This document shows, piece after piece, positions 40,030 to 48,639 of a stretch of 64,000 bases of DNA. Source of the DNA: an uncultured Myxococcales bacterium (GTDB taxonomy: Bacteria > Myxococcota_A > Polyangia > GCA-2747355 > CAZCFB01). The first letter of the stretch is position 1, and every line of letters begins with the position of its first letter. The notes under the pieces are model-generated. The model was given only the letters and a program-made list of their open reading frames with translations, searched no databases and was not told the DNA's origin. The position numbers and the translations under genes are program-made. Where the stretch lies: positions 3,861 to 67,860 of the forward strand of contig CAZEFW010000013.1 in NCBI GenBank assembly GCA_964511535.1, in the 5' to 3' direction.

Positions 40030-41346
40030 TCAGCGCACCCACACCTCCAGGTAAGCGCCGGCCTTGATGATGAAGCCCTGGTTCTTCTTGGCCACCACCA
40101 CGCGCACGATGTCGAGCTTGCCGTTGCCGTCCAGGTCACCCAGGTCGATGCCATAGGCGTTGACGCTGGACGCGGACTCCACCGGGGCGCCGGGCGGGAA
40201 GGTCTTGGCGTCGGGCAGCCTGGCCGCGCTGTCCTCGGTCCAGGTCTTGCCCGTGCCGTCGCCCAGGTAGAGGCGCAGCCCCTGGCTCGCCTCGTGGGTC
40301 ACCAGGTCGGGGTTGCCGTCGCCGTCCATGTCGCCCAGGTGCGAGATGTGCGCGCTGTCCACCTGCGCTGCCTGCTTGAACGACGTGCCCTTGTCGCTCA
40401 GGTAGATGGTCCCGCCCGCGGACACATCGGGGAAGGTGTCGCCGTTGACATCCCCCACCGAGCCCTGCACCGGCGTGCCCACGCCGGGGTAGGAGCCGCC
40501 CTGCAGGCTGGCCACCTCGGTCCAGCTGCTGCCGTCCCCGCCGTTGGCGTAGACCTTACAGATCACGCCCCCGCCGCTCTTGTGGGCCTGGCCGAAGGCG
40601 AACAGGTCCTGATCCCCGTCCGCGTCCATGTCCACCATGGCGAAGTGGCCCACGTTGGAGAAGGTGCCGCCCTTGCCGAAGCTGGGCAAGCCGCTGGCGG
40701 TGGCCTCGGTGAAGCCCCCCTTGCCGTCGCCCAGCAGCAGGCGCACGCCAGCGGCGAACTGGTCCGCGCCCAGCACCAGATCGAGCTTGCGGTCGCCGTT
40801 GACCTCCCCCAGCCCGGCGCCGCTGTATGTGCCCTTGAGCCCCGACGGCGAGCTCTCCTTGAACGAGCCCGCGCCGTCGTTCAGGTACACCTTCACGCCA
40901 GCGACATGGTCCCCGAAGGCGACGTCCATGTCCCCGTCGCCGTCCAGGTCCCCCACATCGCCGCCCCAGCCGCCGGCGAACCCGCCGCTGTTGAGCTTGG
41001 TGGGCGTCGCGAACTTGCCCTTGCCTTGGCCCATGTAGACGTAGAACGCCTTGAGCCGCGGGTTGAGGCTCAGGTCGGCCACGCCGTCGCCGTTGAAGTA
41101 CCCGATCTGCGGCACCGCCTTGTGCCCGGAGTCGGAGCCGATGGTGCTCCACCAGGCCAGGGAGAACGCCCCGGACGCGGGCTTGCCCATGGGCACCACC
41201 GTGCTGGAGCCGGTCTTGATGCCCGCAAAGGACGAGTCCACGCCGGGGGTGACGCCGCCGTCAGCGGCCCCGCCATCGCCCACCGAAGATTTACCGCCGC
41301 CGCAGGCCGCCAGCAGGGCGAAGGAGAGCAGGATTCGTGTGTTCAT
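40030..41346 (-). CDS. FG-GAP/VCBS repeat lipoprotein
   Basis: Lipobox LAAC; repeated GDLDGDGDMD, GEVNGDRKLD, DMDADGDQD, GDVNGDTFPD, GDMDGDGNPD, GDLDGNGKLD. Confidence 0.9.
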   Translation of the reverse strand: MNTRILLSFALLAACGGGKSSVGDGGAADGGVTPGVDSSFAGIKTGSSTVVPMGKPASGAFSLAWWSTIGSDSGHKAVPQIGYFNGDGVADLSLNPRLKAFYVYMGQGKGKFATPTKLNSGGFAGGWGGDVGDLDGDGDMDVAFGDHVAGVKVYLNDGAGSFKESSPSGLKGTYSGAGLGEVNGDRKLDLVLGADQFAAGVRLLLGDGKGGFTEATASGLPSFGKGGTFSNVGHFAMVDMDADGDQDLFAFGQAHKSGGGVICKVYANGGDGSSWTEVASLQGGSYPGVGTPVQGSVGDVNGDTFPDVSAGGTIYLSDKGTSFKQAAQVDSAHISHLGDMDGDGNPDLVTHEASQGLRLYLGDGTGKTWTEDSAARLPDAKTFPPGAPVESASSVNAYGIDLGDLDGNGKLDIVRVVVAKKNQGFIIKAGAYLEVWVR

Positions 41347-41378
41347 GCTCCCAGTATAGCCGCCGTCCAGGAGCCGCC

Positions 41379-41418
41379 TTGACTGTCAACCGTCAACTGC
41401 CAACAGTTGACGGTTGAA
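41379..41418. repeat. Heptamer inverted/tandem repeat (GTCAAC/GTTGAC)
   Basis: TTGAC TGTCAAC CGTCAAC TGCCAAC AGTTGAC GGTTGAA, forming the hairpin TCAACCGTCAACTG ... CAGTTGACGGTTGA. Confidence 0.75.
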
Positions 41419-41431
41419 CGGCCCGAGGCAC

Positions 41432-42703
41432 CTACAGATCACCACCCTTGATCAACGCCGCGATGATCTTCGCCGCGCCCGTCAGGCTGCCTCGTCCCGG
41501 GTAGCCGGCCAGGGCCACGATCCAGCGGCTGCGGTGCTTCGGGTTGTAGATGTAGATGTTCTCGCTCAGCCAGTCGCGGGAGAAGCCGGCCTTGCGGAAC
41601 AGGGCGTAGCCTTCCTTCTCGGGGAAAGCCCGGGCGAAGGCGTCCCACACCCGGTCGCTGCGGCCCTTGCGCTTGCGGTTCATGGCCCGGCGCAGCAGCT
41701 TCAGGTGCTGGCTCTGGCCGTCGTCGCCCAAGCGCAGGCGCCGCCGCCGGGGCAGCTGTTCGTGCAGCATCATGCGGCACATGGTCTTGGCCAGGTCGCT
41801 CAGGGTTGTGCAGGCCGCGCCCTGGCACGGGTAGCGTCCCTTGCCCACGCGCGCCGGGAGCTTCTTGCGGCGCTTGCCCTCGCGCAGGGTGATGGCCGGG
41901 GACTTTTTGAGCCGCTTGCCGTGCCCCTGGCTGGCCCACTGCTGGGCAGCGTAGGCCCGTATGATGTAGGTGTGCTCCAGGCCGGCCCGCCGCAGGGTGC
42001 CGCCCTTGCCGTTGAGCGCGTCATAGCCGGCCAGCTGCACCAGCCGGTTGTGGGGGATGTTCTTGCTCAGATGCACCGCCTCCTCGAACAGGTCCTGGAT
42101 TCCGAAGGTGCGGTCGCCCTTCCTGTAATGAAAGGTCACCTGGGTCTTGACGCCGAAGCGGTGCCGCCGCAGCAGCTCCAGCGCGCCGATGGCGGAGAAG
42201 AGCTTCACCGTGGAGGCCGGGTTCCAGCCGTACGGCTCCGACGCCAGCTTGCCGTATGAGAGCAGGCGGTGGCTCTGCACCCGCGTCCCCCCGCGGCTGA
42301 GGCGGATCTCCGCCACCATGGCGCGGAACTTCTTCGGCGGGGAGAAGCCTCGCTTGCGCATCTTATTCCGCAGGGCGCCCTCGGCGAAGTCGTCGGCGCT
42401 CCAGTCGCACTGGCCGCGCACGAAGCGCCCGGCGGCGCCGCGTCCCTCGCGCCCCTTGCCCCCCTTGCGCCCCTGACACCGCGGCACCTGCAGCTCCTGC
42501 CCGGGCCAGATCTTGTCCGGCGCCTTGAGCACTCCCCGGTTGGCCGCCATCAGCTGGTCCACGGAGCAGCCGGTGCGCAGCGCGATATGTCCCAGGGTCT
42601 CGTCCTGGCGCACGGTGACCTTGCCGCCGCCGGCCGACGCTGCCGCGGGGGCCAGGGCTGCGAGGCTGGCAGCCAGCAGGGCTATGGCCGCCGCCCGCTG
42701 CAT
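41432..42703 (-). CDS. LysM-domain serine hydrolase (class A beta-lactamase/DD-peptidase fold)
   Basis: Signal peptide; LysM (VTVRQDETLGHIA...LMAAN...KIWPGQELQVP); SxxK (PASTVK), SxN (SKN), KAG in place of KTG. Confidence 0.8.
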   Translation of the reverse strand: MQRAAAIALLAASLAALAPAAASAGGGKVTVRQDETLGHIALRTGCSVDQLMAANRGVLKAPDKIWPGQELQVPRCQGRKGGKGREGRGAAGRFVRGQCDWSADDFAEGALRNKMRKRGFSPPKKFRAMVAEIRLSRGGTRVQSHRLLSYGKLASEPYGWNPASTVKLFSAIGALELLRRHRFGVKTQVTFHYRKGDRTFGIQDLFEEAVHLSKNIPHNRLVQLAGYDALNGKGGTLRRAGLEHTYIIRAYAAQQWASQGHGKRLKKSPAITLREGKRRKKLPARVGKGRYPCQGAACTTLSDLAKTMCRMMLHEQLPRRRRLRLGDDGQSQHLKLLRRAMNRKRKGRSDRVWDAFARAFPEKEGYALFRKAGFSRDWLSENIYIYNPKHRSRWIVALAGYPGRGSLTGAAKIIAALIKGGDL

Positions 42704-43594
42704 CTACTCCGCGGCGCCTTCCCGGGCCAGGGCCTTTGCCTGCGCCACGGTGGCCGCGCAGCGGAAGCCGAAGTGATGGTACGGCTTGTTGCCCGGCACA
42801 TGGGAACGCCGGTAGTAGGTGGTGGCGTAGGAAGCCGGCCAGTACCAGGACCCGCCGCGAACCACCCGACGCCGGAGCCGCTTGCACGGCTCCGCCCCGC
42901 CGCAGGGCCCCTTCGGCTCGATGCCCTGGCACGCCGCGCCGCACCGCTTGTAGCTCGAGGTGTACCAGTCGAGCACCCACTCCCAGGAGTTGCCCGCCAT
43001 GTCGTACAGCCCGAACTGAGTCGGCGCGCGCTGGCCCACCTCCCAGGTGCGCCCCTTCTCCGGCTTGCGCCCCTTCTTCTTCACACCGCACGAGCGCCGC
43101 CCCCGGCGGTCCATGATGATGGCCCGCTTGCAGGTGGCCGGCTCGTCGCCCCAGGGGAACTTGCGTCCGTCCACGCCCCGGGCCGCCTTCTCCCACTGGG
43201 CCTCGGTGGGCAGGGTCTTGCCCATGACCTCACAGTAGGTCTTCGCGTGGTACCAGCTCACCCCGACCTTGGGCTGGCGCGGCCGGCTGTAGTCGTTGTA
43301 GGCGGTCTTCGCCCGCTTGCACTTGCCCGCCTTGACGCAGGCGACGTATCGCTCAACCGTCACCTCGTATCTGTCCATGTAGAAAGTCTGAACCCAGACC
43401 TTCTCCCGGGGGCGTGCGTGTTTGGGCCCGTCATCCGCGCCGCGGAGGAACCAGCCGCCCGGTACGCAGCCCATGTCCATGGGACCCGGCGCGCAGGGCA
43501 GCGCCGCGGGAGGAGTGGCTGGCGCGTCGGCGTGAGCCGGGAGGGAGGGGAGGGCAAAAAGCAGTGAAGCGAGTGGTAGGATTGCGCGTCTCAT
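42704..43594 (-). CDS. FGE-sulfatase (SUMF1/CLec-fold) domain secreted protein
   Basis: FYMDRYEVT, LPTEAQWEKAARG, FPWG, GLYDMAGNSWEW, VVRGGSW, GFRCA. Confidence 0.9.
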   Translation of the reverse strand: MRRAILPLASLLFALPSLPAHADAPATPPAALPCAPGPMDMGCVPGGWFLRGADDGPKHARPREKVWVQTFYMDRYEVTVERYVACVKAGKCKRAKTAYNDYSRPRQPKVGVSWYHAKTYCEVMGKTLPTEAQWEKAARGVDGRKFPWGDEPATCKRAIIMDRRGRRSCGVKKKGRKPEKGRTWEVGQRAPTQFGLYDMAGNSWEWVLDWYTSSYKRCGAACQGIEPKGPCGGAEPCKRLRRRVVRGGSWYWPASYATTYYRRSHVPGNKPYHHFGFRCAATVAQAKALAREGAAE

Positions 43595-43641
43595 GGTTTT
43601 GTTGACGACATCCATGGGTGATTTCATCGTCAAAGGGTCCT

Positions 43642-43680
43642 GAAACAAAAAACAAAAAACAAGGAACAAAAAAACAAAGA
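43642..43680. repeat. A-rich heptamer tandem repeat (AAACAAA-type)
   Basis: GAAACAAAAAACAAAAAACAAGGAACAAAAAAACAAAGA directly before the M23 ATG; related to the arms at 3214-3325. Confidence 0.75.
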
Positions 43681-44808
43681 ATGTATCGGGTAAGGGCAGC
43701 GGTGGTCTTGGTGGCATGGGTGGCTGCCTGTTCGGGGCCGGCGCCCGCGCGGCGGGCTGCTCTGCCTCCGCGCCCGCCCGAGCCGGACGCCGGGGTCGTG
43801 GCCGCCCCGGATCTTCCGCCGCCAGACCTGGACGCACCGGACCTGGCGCCGCCGGCGCCGCCGATCCAGCTGAGCGATCGCCCCTCCATCGTCATCAGCA
43901 CTGGCGAGGCGTCCCCCGAGGAGCTGCGGGTACACGGTGAGCACAGCACCGGCTACACGCCCCCGGTCCCGGCGAGGAACATCAACCGCGCCAACCGCTG
44001 GGGCCGCCCCGGCAAGGGCTCCATCCCCGGCGATGGCGAGACAGGCGCCCAGCCGGACCCGCGGGACTGGAAGTACACCGGCCAGTCCCCTTACGAGACC
44101 CGCTTCATCAAGAGAGGCCGCGGCAAGGGCCTGGCCCTGCCGTACCCGCTGACCTTCGTGATCAAGAAGCTCGGCAAGTGCCGCCGCGGCAAGCGCGGCC
44201 ACATCGCCATCGACCTGGGCGGCATCGGCCCCAACCATGGCCTCGGCACGCCGATCCGGTCTCTTGCCCGGGCCAAAGTGATCCGCATCGGCCTGCCCAG
44301 ACGGGACGAGGGCGAGTTCGGCCAGCCGGACCTGGACTCGGGCTACGCCTACCGCCGGGGCCGGGCCCTGCCGCGCTCCATGCTGGTGCCGGGATACGGG
44401 CGGGTGCGGTTCTTCACCCACGACTACGGCCGCTGGCGCTCCGGCGTGGTGATCAGCACGCGGATCCTCGAGGGGCGCTACAAGGGATACAAGGCGCGCT
44501 ACATGCACCTCGGCGCGGTGCACCCCGGGCTGCGGGTGGGATCCGTGGTGGACGCCGGGCAGGAGATCGGGCTGATGGGCTGCACCGCCATCCTCAACGA
44601 CCTGCCGCACCTGCACTTCGACATCTGGACGCCGGGGGACCGCCGCCGGGTGGATCCGTCGCCCATCCTCGGGCTGTCCAGCGGCCGGGTCGGCTGCCGT
44701 CGGAAGCGTCAGCGCAAGCGCCGCAAGCGGCGCCGACGGGCAAAGAAAGCTGGATCCTCCCGGGCAAAGACGGTTAGCTCGAAGGGCACCAAGGAGAAGA
44801 AGCGGTGA
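43681..44808 (+). CDS. M23 family metallopeptidase lipoprotein with a polybasic tail
   Basis: Lipobox VAAC; HxxxD (HIAID), YMHL, GQEIGLMG.T, HxH (PHLHF), VDP; tail RRKRQRKRRKRRRRAKK. Confidence 0.85.
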   Translation: MYRVRAAVVLVAWVAACSGPAPARRAALPPRPPEPDAGVVAAPDLPPPDLDAPDLAPPAPPIQLSDRPSIVISTGEASPEELRVHGEHSTGYTPPVPARNINRANRWGRPGKGSIPGDGETGAQPDPRDWKYTGQSPYETRFIKRGRGKGLALPYPLTFVIKKLGKCRRGKRGHIAIDLGGIGPNHGLGTPIRSLARAKVIRIGLPRRDEGEFGQPDLDSGYAYRRGRALPRSMLVPGYGRVRFFTHDYGRWRSGVVISTRILEGRYKGYKARYMHLGAVHPGLRVGSVVDAGQEIGLMGCTAILNDLPHLHFDIWTPGDRRRVDPSPILGLSSGRVGCRRKRQRKRRKRRRRAKKAGSSRAKTVSSKGTKEKKR

Positions 44809-45899
44809 GACAGGATCCCGCCCAGAAGAAGGCCAGCACGGCCCCGCTCCTCGTGGCCGCCCTGGCGCTGGTAGGCGCCTCGTTGGCTCCGGCCGGGGTC
44901 AACGCCCTCGAGCCGCTCCCGCCAGCCACCGCCGCGCTGCTGGCCCGGATCCGCCCGGACAAGCCCCCCGAGAAGCTGACCCAGGAGACCCACTTCGTGG
45001 TCTCCGACGAGCTGCGCCACGACCAGTTCCGCGAGGCCGTCACCGGGCTGGGCGGCGCCTACGTGGGGGTCGGCACGGATCAGAACTACACCATGGCCGC
45101 GTGGGCGCGGCCGGAGGTCATGATCCTGCTCGACTTCGATCAGATCGTGGTGGACCTGCACAGGGTGTACGGCCTCGCCTTCGCGCGCTGCGCGGACACC
45201 CCCTGCTTCATCGACTTCTGGTCGCCGGAGAAGCGCCCCGGGATCCTGGAGCTGATCAAGGAGTCCTACGCGGACCCGCGCATGCGGCGCCGCGTGTCCG
45301 CCGCCTACCGCATGGGACAGAAGCGGGTGCACCGGCGGCTGCTCAAGCTGAAGAAGGTCTACAGCTGGCTCAAGGTGCCCCACTTTTTGACCCACCAGGC
45401 GCAGTTCGACTACCTCAAGGCCATGTTCGCGACGGGCAGGGTATTCATGGTGCGCGGCGACTTGACCGCCGACGTGACCATGCGAGACCTGGCAGGCGCC
45501 CTGCGCGGCGCGGGCCTGGTGACCCGGGTGCTCTACATCTCCAACTGCGAGATGTACTTCAAGTACAGCAAGCCGTACCGCAAGAACATCCGCCGCATGC
45601 CGGTGGACGAGCGCTCGGTGCTGCTGCGCACCCGCGCCTGGCGCCAGTGGGTCCGCGAGGGCAAGAAGCCGCTGCACTACCTGTACGTAGTCCAGGCGTA
45701 CGAGAACTTCCGCGGCTGGCTTCGACACCGGTCGGTCAAGAGCATCAAGCAGCTGATCCCGTACAGCGTGCTCAAGCCCGGGGTGCTGTACTACGAGATC
45801 AACGAGACCCTCGCGCAGCGCCGGGAGCGGCTGCGAGCGGAGCGACGGGCGGCGCGGCTCAAGTCCAGGGCCGGCAAGAAGCGGAGGGCATCACCATGA
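44805..45899 (+). CDS. Hypothetical secreted protein, possibly Rossmann/methyltransferase-like fold
   Basis: GTG overlaps the M23 stop; signal-like N-terminus; GGAYVGVGTDQNY, ILLDFD, RGDL, LYISN.E; basic C-terminus. Confidence 0.7.
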   Translation: MRQDPAQKKASTAPLLVAALALVGASLAPAGVNALEPLPPATAALLARIRPDKPPEKLTQETHFVVSDELRHDQFREAVTGLGGAYVGVGTDQNYTMAAWARPEVMILLDFDQIVVDLHRVYGLAFARCADTPCFIDFWSPEKRPGILELIKESYADPRMRRRVSAAYRMGQKRVHRRLLKLKKVYSWLKVPHFLTHQAQFDYLKAMFATGRVFMVRGDLTADVTMRDLAGALRGAGLVTRVLYISNCEMYFKYSKPYRKNIRRMPVDERSVLLRTRAWRQWVREGKKPLHYLYVVQAYENFRGWLRHRSVKSIKQLIPYSVLKPGVLYYEINETLAQRRERLRAERRAARLKSRAGKKRRASP

Positions 45900-46435
45900 A
45901 CCCCCTCTCCATGGTCATCGTCTACATGCTCGGGGGCGTCGGGGTGGGGCTCGCCATCGTCCGGACGGTGCAGGTGTTCCGCTGGCAGATCAACATCCCC
46001 GCCTTCAACGCCGCGCTGATCAAGCTGGCCCGCGCCGGCAACATGGAGCGCGCGCTGAAGCTGTGCCGGGTGGCGCCCAACGCGATCTACGCCCGCATGG
46101 TCACCCCCGCGATCCAGGCCGCCATGGACCAGGAGACGGACGGCCTGCGGCGGGCGGCGGCCATGGAGCGAGCCTTCGCCGAGGCCGAGCCGGCGGCCAT
46201 GAAGCTGGACCACAACGGCCCGCTGCTCAGCGGGATCGCCCTGGCGGCGTGTGTCGCCGCGGCGGCAGTGGCGCTGGTGAGCGGCGTGGCTCCGGTGCAG
46301 TATGTGCTGGCAGGCGCCGCCGCACCGGCGGCGGTTTCGCTCTTCTCTCTGAACGCCAGCCGCAGGCTCCGCAGGAACGCCCGACCACGCTTCCAGGAGC
46401 TGGTGGCCGCGGTGCGCAAGAGCACGGAGGATTGA
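45896..46435 (+). CDS. Three-TM membrane protein with a MotA/TolQ/ExbB-like N-half
   Basis: ATG overlaps the previous stop; TM1 followed by INIPAFNAALIKL..AGNMERALKLC; two further TM helices. Confidence 0.65.
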   Translation: MNPLSMVIVYMLGGVGVGLAIVRTVQVFRWQINIPAFNAALIKLARAGNMERALKLCRVAPNAIYARMVTPAIQAAMDQETDGLRRAAAMERAFAEAEPAAMKLDHNGPLLSGIALAACVAAAAVALVSGVAPVQYVLAGAAAPAAVSLFSLNASRRLRRNARPRFQELVAAVRKSTED

Positions 46436-46468
46436 CGGATCCCGTCGCGGAGTAGGAAGATCCTCTAC

Positions 46469-48637
46469 ATGAGATGCTCCCGCCTCGCTGTCCCCCTCTT
46501 GTTTTGCCTGATCTCGGGCCTCGCGGCCTGCCACAACACGACGCCGATCCCGGGGCGAGATCTGGGCGGAGACGCCGCCATCGCGGCGGACCTCTCGGCC
46601 GGGGAGGGCGGCAGCACCGCCTTCGACGCGTATATCCATGATCCCGATCTGGGGCCGGGCGATGCCGCGCCCGTTGACGCCCCCGCGGCCGACGCCGGGG
46701 CGCCCGACCAGACCCAGCCCGACTTGACCCCGCCCGACCAGACCCAGCCCGACCTGACGCCGCCCGACATGCTCCAGCCGGATCAGCTGCTGCCCGATCA
46801 GATGCTGCCAGACATGCAACAGCCGGACATGGCCCAGCCGGACATGATGCCGCCCGATCAGATGCTGCCGGACACCATGCCCCACGACACATACTTGCCG
46901 CCGGTGGCGTGCAAGTTCACCTCGCCCTCCAGGGCCGCCATGCTCACCGGCTCGCCCGCCATCACCCTCAAGGGCAAGGTGACCGGGCCGCTGTCGAGCC
47001 TCGACTATGTGCAGGTCAACGGCAAGAACGTCGCCCCGTGGCCCAACGGCGAGTTCTTCGTGCCGATGACCGCCAAGTGGGGGCTGAACATCATCACCCT
47101 GGTGTGCGTGGACAAGGCCAAGAACGTCGACGCCAGCGTCCAGGCTTTCCACTATTCCACCAAGTACTGGCCCCTGACCTCCTCCGGCGCGTCCGTGTCC
47201 GCGGGCGCCCTGGCGCGGCTGTATCAGAAAGCCATCGACGACGGACACCGCCCCAGCCTCAACGACATGGCGTCGATCCTGCAAAAGGTGATCAACTCGC
47301 TCAACTTCGACAAGCTGGTGCCGTCGACCCTGGTGAGCGGCAAGTACAAGATCCCGCCCTGGGGGCCCACGATCTCCTACTCGGTGACCAAGAACGGCAA
47401 GTTCAAGGTCAACCCGTTCAGCATCGCGCTCAAGGCGCGCAGCGGGGGCGTGCGGGTCACCGGAAAGACCAGCTACCTGGAGCTGCCGGTGCGGGCCAAG
47501 GCTGGCCTGACCGTCTCGGGCAAGGTGAAGATCTACAACCTGAGCATGGTGGGGGACGTCAACATCTCGAAGAAGAGCGGCGGGGCGGTGTCGGTGAGCG
47601 TGCCGTACCTGAAGATGAGCTACTCCAGCCTCAAGGTGGAGATCGGCGGCGGCATCATCGGCACCATCATGTCCGCCATCACCAACGGCATCGTGTCGCT
47701 GTTCAAGAACAGCATCATCGCCAAGATGGAGGCCGAGGTGAAGAAGGCGATCCCCGGCCCGGTCAAGAGCTTCGTCAGCGGCTTCACCTTCGCCCAGTCG
47801 TTCAAGCTGCCCGCGGTGCTCGGCAGCAAGACGCTCAAGATCAAGACCAACCTCGACACCATCAAGTTCGACTCTTACGGGGGCAACATCGGCATGAACC
47901 CGTCGGTGTACGCGTCCAAGGCGATCCCGAGCGGCAAGCTGGGCAGCATCAGCATCGCCGGCACGTACAAGCCGCCTGCCAGCAGCTCCGACGCCATGCT
48001 GGTGGGGCTGCGCCACGACACCCTGAACCAGGTGCTCGCCGCGGCGTGGTACACCGGGGCGCTCAAGCGGGACCTGACCAGCCTGGTCAAGGGCGCCATC
48101 GGCTCCGGCAGCGGGCTGCCCTTTACGGTGAGCAACCTGAAGCTCACCGTGGACGCGCTGCTGCCGCCGATCCTGATGCCCGGCAGCTCCACCAACGACT
48201 TCAAGATCGGGGTGGGCGATCTGAAGATGAAGGTCTCTGCAGACCTGACCACGGGCTCCGGCGCGCCGAGCAAGGTCTCGGCGGATGTCTATGTCAGCAC
48301 GGTGACCGGCGGCACCATGAAGCTGGGCAGCAACAACACCCTCACCGTCACCCTCTCCACCCAGATCAACCCGATGGAGATCCAGGTGGATAACCTGGTA
48401 ATCCTGGGCCAGAGCACCGGGCTCGGCGGCGCCTTCGGGCTGCTGATCAAGGAGCTGGTCAAGGTGGTCCTGCCGCAGCTCGGACCGAACATCATCCAGA
48501 GCTTCCCGATCCCGGCCATCGACCTGTCCTCCCTCGGCGGCAGCTACGGCATCCCCAAGGGCACCATGCTCAAGCTGAAGAACGGCAAGCTGAAGCAGCA
48601 GGGCAACCACGTGGTGCTGAGCGGGGACCTGGGGTAG
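46469..48637 (+). CDS. Lipoprotein with PD-repeat stalk, Ig-like domain and putative BPI/LBP (TULIP) lipid-binding domains
   Basis: Lipobox LAAC; pentapeptide PDxxx repeats; Ig-like GLNIITL...D.AKN; BPI-like segments ALARLYQKAID, MLVGLRHDTLN, FPIP...HVVLSGD. Confidence 0.7.
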   Translation: MRCSRLAVPLLFCLISGLAACHNTTPIPGRDLGGDAAIAADLSAGEGGSTAFDAYIHDPDLGPGDAAPVDAPAADAGAPDQTQPDLTPPDQTQPDLTPPDMLQPDQLLPDQMLPDMQQPDMAQPDMMPPDQMLPDTMPHDTYLPPVACKFTSPSRAAMLTGSPAITLKGKVTGPLSSLDYVQVNGKNVAPWPNGEFFVPMTAKWGLNIITLVCVDKAKNVDASVQAFHYSTKYWPLTSSGASVSAGALARLYQKAIDDGHRPSLNDMASILQKVINSLNFDKLVPSTLVSGKYKIPPWGPTISYSVTKNGKFKVNPFSIALKARSGGVRVTGKTSYLELPVRAKAGLTVSGKVKIYNLSMVGDVNISKKSGGAVSVSVPYLKMSYSSLKVEIGGGIIGTIMSAITNGIVSLFKNSIIAKMEAEVKKAIPGPVKSFVSGFTFAQSFKLPAVLGSKTLKIKTNLDTIKFDSYGGNIGMNPSVYASKAIPSGKLGSISIAGTYKPPASSSDAMLVGLRHDTLNQVLAAAWYTGALKRDLTSLVKGAIGSGSGLPFTVSNLKLTVDALLPPILMPGSSTNDFKIGVGDLKMKVSADLTTGSGAPSKVSADVYVSTVTGGTMKLGSNNTLTVTLSTQINPMEIQVDNLVILGQSTGLGGAFGLLIKELVKVVLPQLGPNIIQSFPIPAIDLSSLGGSYGIPKGTMLKLKNGKLKQQGNHVVLSGDLG
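46703..46890 (+). repeat. 15/30-bp coding tandem repeat (PDxxx, about 12 units)
   Basis: PDQTQ PDLTP PDQTQ PDLTP PDMLQ PDQLL PDQML PDMQQ PDMAQ PDMMP PDQML PDTMP. Confidence 0.85.
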
Positions 48638-48639
48638 GA

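Noticed and set aside
37290-43594. Two FGE/CLec-fold genes as possible diversity-generating retroelement targets
   Set aside because: No reverse transcriptase, and no template repeat differing only at adenines, was seen in the window. A remote DGR cannot be excluded.
39372-46890. Periodic repeats as a CRISPR array
   Set aside because: They are in-frame coding tandem repeats without unique spacers, and no cas genes are present.
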